Source of the DNA: an uncultured Nitrospirota bacterium
GTDB lineage: Bacteria; CG2-30-53-67
Direction of reading: 5' to 3'
NCBI GenBank assembly: GCA_945786985.1
Contig: CALZGC010000131.1
Coordinates: forward strand, 946-64,945
Length of the DNA: 64,000 bases
Below, in pieces: positions 59,932-64,000 of this stretch. Position 1 is the first letter of the stretch. Every line of letters starts with the position of its first letter. The notes under the pieces were generated by a model. The model worked only from the letters and a program-made list of their open reading frames with translations, was not told the origin of the DNA and ran no database searches. The translations under genes and the position numbers were made by a program.

Positions 59932-60136
59932 TTGACGCTCATTCCTGCAGTTTTATTCGACGCTCTTGCTATTCAACACAGGAATGGGAAGCAGAGAAAG
60001 GCCAGGCAGAATGAGGGGATGAGGAAGAATGGAGTTTGACAGCCGAAGGCCCATCCCTGTCCCGACAAACTGAAGCGCTCTCAGGGCGAGCAGTAAATTG
60101 CTTAGACCTTCAGCCTTCAACCTACGTCCTGAATTT

Positions 60137-60667
60137 CTAATACTCGATCCCTTCCCTGGCCTGCGTTCCCGAGGTCTGGGCCGGATGCTTGACCATCTTC
60201 AACTCCGTCACATAGTCGGCCTTTTCAATGACCCGGGGATGGGCACCCCGTCCGGTGAGAACTATTTCCACAGGCTCGGGTTTGCCGTCCAGCAGGTCCA
60301 GCGCGGATTGCAGGGGAAGCAGGTCCTGGGAGATGCAGTTGTTGATCTCATCGAGTACGACCAGATCGAAGCCGCCTTCCATGATGCGCAGCCGCAGCGT
60401 TTCGAAATCCCTTTGCACCCGCGCGGCAAGCTCCTCGACCTTCACCGACGGATCAAAGAGCGGATGAACCTGCGCAAAACGGAGCACCTCCACGCCGGGC
60501 AGCAGCTTGTGGACCAGGGAGATTTCCCCGGAAACTTCCCCGCCCCCCTTCAGAAACTGGGCCAGCAAGACACGTTTGCCATGGCCCGCGGCCCGCATGG
60601 CCAGCCCGACGGCGGCCGTGGTCTTCCCCTTGCCGTCTCCCGTATAGACATGAATCAGTCCCCGCAT
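60137..60667 (-). CDS. cobO: cob(I)yrinic acid a,c-diamide adenosyltransferase
   Basis: GLIHVYTGDGKGKTTAAVG, QFLK, LDEIN, LTGR, ADYVTE...KHP, GIEY. Confidence 0.95.
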   Translation of the reverse strand: MRGLIHVYTGDGKGKTTAAVGLAMRAAGHGKRVLLAQFLKGGGEVSGEISLVHKLLPGVEVLRFAQVHPLFDPSVKVEELAARVQRDFETLRLRIMEGGFDLVVLDEINNCISQDLLPLQSALDLLDGKPEPVEIVLTGRGAHPRVIEKADYVTELKMVKHPAQTSGTQAREGIEY

Positions 60668-61020
60668 AGGACGGCCCCCCTGCCCTGGTAATACACAGTG
60701 AACATAGGCTGATCCGATACTGTTCAACGGCGCCTGCATCCCGGTGAACCATTCAACTCTGCATCAGACATGCAGAGAGAGTCAAGAGATTTTCGTTCGG
60801 AGAAGCTCCGATGGCGCGTCAGGCCAAAGGCAGAATAGGTATTGCAGTGCTCTTTCGATTTCTACGGGATTTACTTGAAGCAGGCACGACCGCCAGAGGA
60901 AAACTCTCCAGCGGGCGGGCAGTTCAATCTGCTGAAATCCATTGCCATGCAGGCGGTCTCCAATGCCTGCCAACTTTCTTCTTGACTTTGGGTGTCCCCT
61001 CCGATTACATAGGGAGGCAT

Positions 61021-61185
61021 AGTTCCAGGCGCTCTTATGAGCTTAATAGGGAATCCCGTCAAAACGGGAACGGGCCCGCCGCTGTGATCGGGGACGAACA
61101 CCGGAACAGGCCACTGTCTCACCGAGTGAGACGGGAAGGCACGGTCAGTAGGACGATCCGAGAGTCAGAAGACCTGCCTGGAAAC
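61021..61185 (+). ncRNA. cobalamin riboswitch
   Basis: AATAGGGAA.CCCGT.AAA.CGGG.ACGG.CCCGCCGCTGT, GCCACTG...GGGAAGGC, B12 box AGTCAGAAGACCTGCC; P1 TTCCAGG/CCTGGAA; upstream of btuB. Confidence 0.95.
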
Positions 61186-61245
61186 GAGGGGTGCGGCCTC
61201 CGAGGACTGGGGTTGCCCGCAAGCGTCTGAGGATAAAAAAGGGAC

Positions 61246-61283
61246 ATCCCCGGATCATTTCACATGGGTCCGGGGATTTTTTT
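61246..61283 (+). terminator. riboswitch expression-platform terminator
   Basis: ATCCCCGGATC-loop-GGTCCGGGGAT followed by a T run, between aptamer and btuB RBS. Confidence 0.75.
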
Positions 61284-61330
61284 CATTTTCGGGGCCCATA
61301 TGATAGAACTTTTGGGAGGAGGCACCAAGA

Positions 61331-63352
61331 ATGAAAAAACGGATGGCCCTGTTCGGACTCGTTGTCGTCCTTGTACTCCCGGGAGTAGCCCAGACAATGG
61401 AGGAGCCGAAGGAGAAGGAGGTATTGCAAACATTGGAAACGGTCTTGGTGACGGGCACAAGGATGGAACAGAATGTGGAAAGCGTGCCAGCCAATGTCAC
61501 CGTCATCGACCGGGAAGACATTAAGCAGTCGAATGCTAAGAACGTTCCCGACTTGCTCCGTGCCCAAGAAGGGATTGTTGTGCGGGATCTTCTAGGAAAT
61601 GGAAAATCCGCGCAGGTGGACCTGCGTGGCTTTGGAGAAACGGGGCCATTCAACACACTCGTGCTAGTGGACGGACGGCGGATCAACGAAGTTGACTTGA
61701 GTGGCGTCGATTGGACGCAGATCCCGCTGGACCAGATCGAGCGAGTGGAGATTGTTCGGGGAACCGGAACGGTCCTCTATGGTGACAACGCCTCGGGAGG
61801 CGTCATAAATATCATCACCAAAACCCCGGCGCAGGTGCTTCGGGTCCAATTTGGAGAAACCCTTGGAAGCTACGAGCGCCATAAGGAAGGGCTCTCCCTG
61901 AACGGCGGAAGCCAAAGGGTCGCCGCATCGATCTTTGCCAGCCGTGACCGCACGAATGGTTACCGGGAGAACAATGAGTTTGAGACAAAGGATGTAGGAG
62001 GGAAAATCGTCTTCGATCCCACCGAATCCTTGAGCTTGACTCTCAACGCGTCCTATCATGCCGACGAATATGGCCAGCCGGGGGCAATCCCTGAGACCCT
62101 GCTCGCATCCGACCGCAGAGCAGCGAGGTTTCCCTTCGATGACGCAGAAAGTACGGACAAATACATGAAATTGGATGTGGACATGGACCTCGGCACCCCC
62201 GGTCGCCTTTCCGCCGATGTATCCTTCAGAGATCGAGAGAGCGAATCGACATTTGTCGAGTTCATATCAGGGGAGAAAAGAGAGACTCAGACCTGGGGTT
62301 TCACGCCGCGCTATGTTTGGAGCGGCGCCATCTCGAATCACAGCAACACCTTGATTGCCGGCATCGACCTTTACAGGGCCGAACAAGACCTGAAGACCTT
62401 CTTCGCCTTCACGCCGCCCCCCGCGTTATCCGGCACCTCCAACACAGACAGGGACTCCTCCGGGTTCTACGTCCACAATGAATTTTCACTTCTTGAGAAT
62501 CTTCTGTTTTCGGTGGGCGCACGGCGCGAACGAGTCAAGTACGATTTAAGCCAACAAGACCTGGCTTTCGGACTGGCGCCGCTCGACGATAAATTGACTG
62601 AGCGGGAAAGCGCCTACACCGCGGGGCTTGTCTTCCTGTACAACCGGAATTCCTCCGTCTTCGTCCGGGCCAACCGTAGTTTTCGTTTTCCGCTGGTGGA
62701 TGAACTGATTGTCTTTGATTTCATGAACGGTCGGATTAACGTTAATTCAGAGCTGAGCGCACAAGTCGGGCGGCATTACGAGGTCGGTTTCAGGCACCAC
62801 TTTAACAAAGCCCTGCAGGCAAATTTGACGCTCTATCACGCAAAATTCGAGGACGAGATCTTTTTCAATACTGCAAACTTTGCCAACGAAAATCATCCGG
62901 AGACCCGCCACCGCGGGATCGAGGTCGGAGGCAAGGCGGATCTCCTCAGATGGGTGACCGTGCTGGGAAACTACACGTACGCCAAGGCGACCTTTGAGAA
63001 AGATCCCTTCAAGGACAACGATATTCCCGCCGTGCCGAAGCGAAAAGCCCATGTGGGGCTCCGGATCCATGACATCCTCCCCGGCCTTGTCCTCTCTTCC
63101 GATTACAATTACGTGGGTTCGAGTTTCGCCATCAGCGATCAGGTGAATGGATTCAATAAACTGGGGAGATACGCCACGATTGACGCTCGTGTTTCCTATG
63201 CCTGGAATCGGTTGGAAGCTTTTTTCGGAGTCAACAATATCACGGACAAGAAATATGCCGAGTATGCCGTCATCGGCGGATCCCCCCGGGGACTCAATTT
63301 CCATCCGGCGCCGGAGCGAAACGTGGTGGGAGGACTGACCATCACCTTCTAA
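61331..63352 (+). CDS. btuB: TonB-dependent cobalamin receptor
   Basis: signal peptide, TonB box ETVLVTG, LRGFG, LVLVDG, IERVEIVRG...LYG...GGVINIITK, C-terminal Phe; under a B12 riboswitch. Confidence 0.9.
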   Translation: MKKRMALFGLVVVLVLPGVAQTMEEPKEKEVLQTLETVLVTGTRMEQNVESVPANVTVIDREDIKQSNAKNVPDLLRAQEGIVVRDLLGNGKSAQVDLRGFGETGPFNTLVLVDGRRINEVDLSGVDWTQIPLDQIERVEIVRGTGTVLYGDNASGGVINIITKTPAQVLRVQFGETLGSYERHKEGLSLNGGSQRVAASIFASRDRTNGYRENNEFETKDVGGKIVFDPTESLSLTLNASYHADEYGQPGAIPETLLASDRRAARFPFDDAESTDKYMKLDVDMDLGTPGRLSADVSFRDRESESTFVEFISGEKRETQTWGFTPRYVWSGAISNHSNTLIAGIDLYRAEQDLKTFFAFTPPPALSGTSNTDRDSSGFYVHNEFSLLENLLFSVGARRERVKYDLSQQDLAFGLAPLDDKLTERESAYTAGLVFLYNRNSSVFVRANRSFRFPLVDELIVFDFMNGRINVNSELSAQVGRHYEVGFRHHFNKALQANLTLYHAKFEDEIFFNTANFANENHPETRHRGIEVGGKADLLRWVTVLGNYTYAKATFEKDPFKDNDIPAVPKRKAHVGLRIHDILPGLVLSSDYNYVGSSFAISDQVNGFNKLGRYATIDARVSYAWNRLEAFFGVNNITDKKYAEYAVIGGSPRGLNFHPAPERNVVGGLTITF

Positions 63353-63407
63353 GCGCACCATAGAGGGCGCGGATTTACACTAATCTGGCAGACGGGACGT
63401 AACAGAG

Positions 63408-63465
63408 ATGCCCGAGATCTTCAACAGCGGCGGGCCGCTCATGTACCCGCTGCTGCTCCTTGGGA
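63408..63465 (+). pseudogene. N-terminal remnant of an ExbB/TolQ/MotA-family gene
   Basis: MPEIFNSGGPLMYPLLLL matches the typical ExbB first segment; similarity ends after about 19 codons. Confidence 0.55.
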
Positions 63466-63477
63466 AAATCGATCCAT

Positions 63478-64000
63478 ATGCCATCACACACGCCCGAGAA
63501 GAAGAAAACCCCGTCACCAATCGGACACTGGAGCCGGGTGTCGTTGCTCTGTTTGATGTTCTTTCCCCTGCTGACCCCCACAACAGAGTGCGCACGACTT
63601 TTCCTCGATCAAGTGGGGCGCGAGGTCCAGGTTCCTGACAATCCCGAGCGGGTGGTCGCGCTGGCACCCAGCCTGACCGAAATGGTTTATGCCTTGGAAG
63701 AAGCGTCGCGCCTGAAGGGGGTCACGCAATTCAGCAACTACCCGGAGGCCGCGCGCGCCCTGCCCCGCGTCGGCTCATACATCCGGCCCGACATGGAAAA
63801 AATCGTGGCCCTGCGACCCGATCTATGCCTGGCGATCCGGGATGGCAATCCCAGGCACGCTGTCGAAAAACTCGAGCGCCTCGGCATACCGGTCTACGTC
63901 GTGGATCCCCGTAATCTGCAGGGGATCATGGAGACCATCACGGGCATCGGCGACGTGCTGGACGCTGGTGAAAAAGCAGCGTCCGTGGTCCGCTACATGC
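63478..64000 (+). CDS. btuF: cobalamin-binding periplasmic protein, 5' part (runs off window end)
   Basis: Not in ORF track; hand translation: ...DQVGREVQVPDNPERVVALAPSLTEMVYAL...GVTQFSNYPEAARALPRVGSYIRPDMEKIVALRPDL. Confidence 0.88.
   Translation, partial: MPSHTPEKKKTPSPIGHWSRVSLLCLMFFPLLTPTTECARLFLDQVGREVQVPDNPERVVALAPSLTEMVYALEEASRLKGVTQFSNYPEAARALPRVGSYIRPDMEKIVALRPDLCLAIRDGNPRHAVEKLERLGIPVYVVDPRNLQGIMETITGIGDVLDAGEKAASVVRYM

Noticed and set aside
60811..61230. 139-aa ORF upstream of btuB
   Set aside because: Overlaps the cobalamin riboswitch and promoter region; non-coding explanation is sufficient

Overview
GC-rich bacterial chromosomal segment. Gene content (CarD, Hmc/NrfD-type redox complex, cytochrome c3, sigma-54 activator, LptD, BtuB) points to an anaerobic diderm, most likely Desulfobacterota/deltaproteobacterial; this is inference. 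Left arm (minus strand): trpE-G-D-C-F-B-A, a Crp-family protein plus class II cyclic-nucleotide phosphodiesterase, accD-folC-lptD, then rmlC-rmlB. Middle: ferritin-like gene, rmuC, dinB, nadB, a cytochrome c6-like lipoprotein, an NtrB/NtrC-type two-component pair, an uncharacterised three-gene TPR/coiled-coil operon, carD, class II aldolase, a DMT transporter and an lsrF-like/Zn-dehydrogenase pair. 38.3-48.8 kb: a redox island with a heme-c-motif sensor kinase, NarL-type regulator, M56 peptidase, two paralogous small membrane proteins, a 5-heme c3-like cytochrome, HmcB/HmcC-like subunits, a 13-heme cytochrome and a cytochrome b. Right arm: ybaK-like, hsp20, diguanylate cyclase, acyl-CoA synthetase, YeiH-type and ABC transporters, pirin, a Tat-signal rubrerythrin with altered ligands, cobO, a cobalamin riboswitch, btuB, an exbB-like stub and partial btuF. 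Non-coding highlights: four copies of a MITE-like element with a covarying internal stem (one holds a nested second element; two abut TAG stop codons), a candidate attenuator upstream of trpE and inverted heptad repeats between trpE and trpG. No rRNA, tRNA, CRISPR array or transposase was seen. All calls are by-eye motif recognition; no searches were run.
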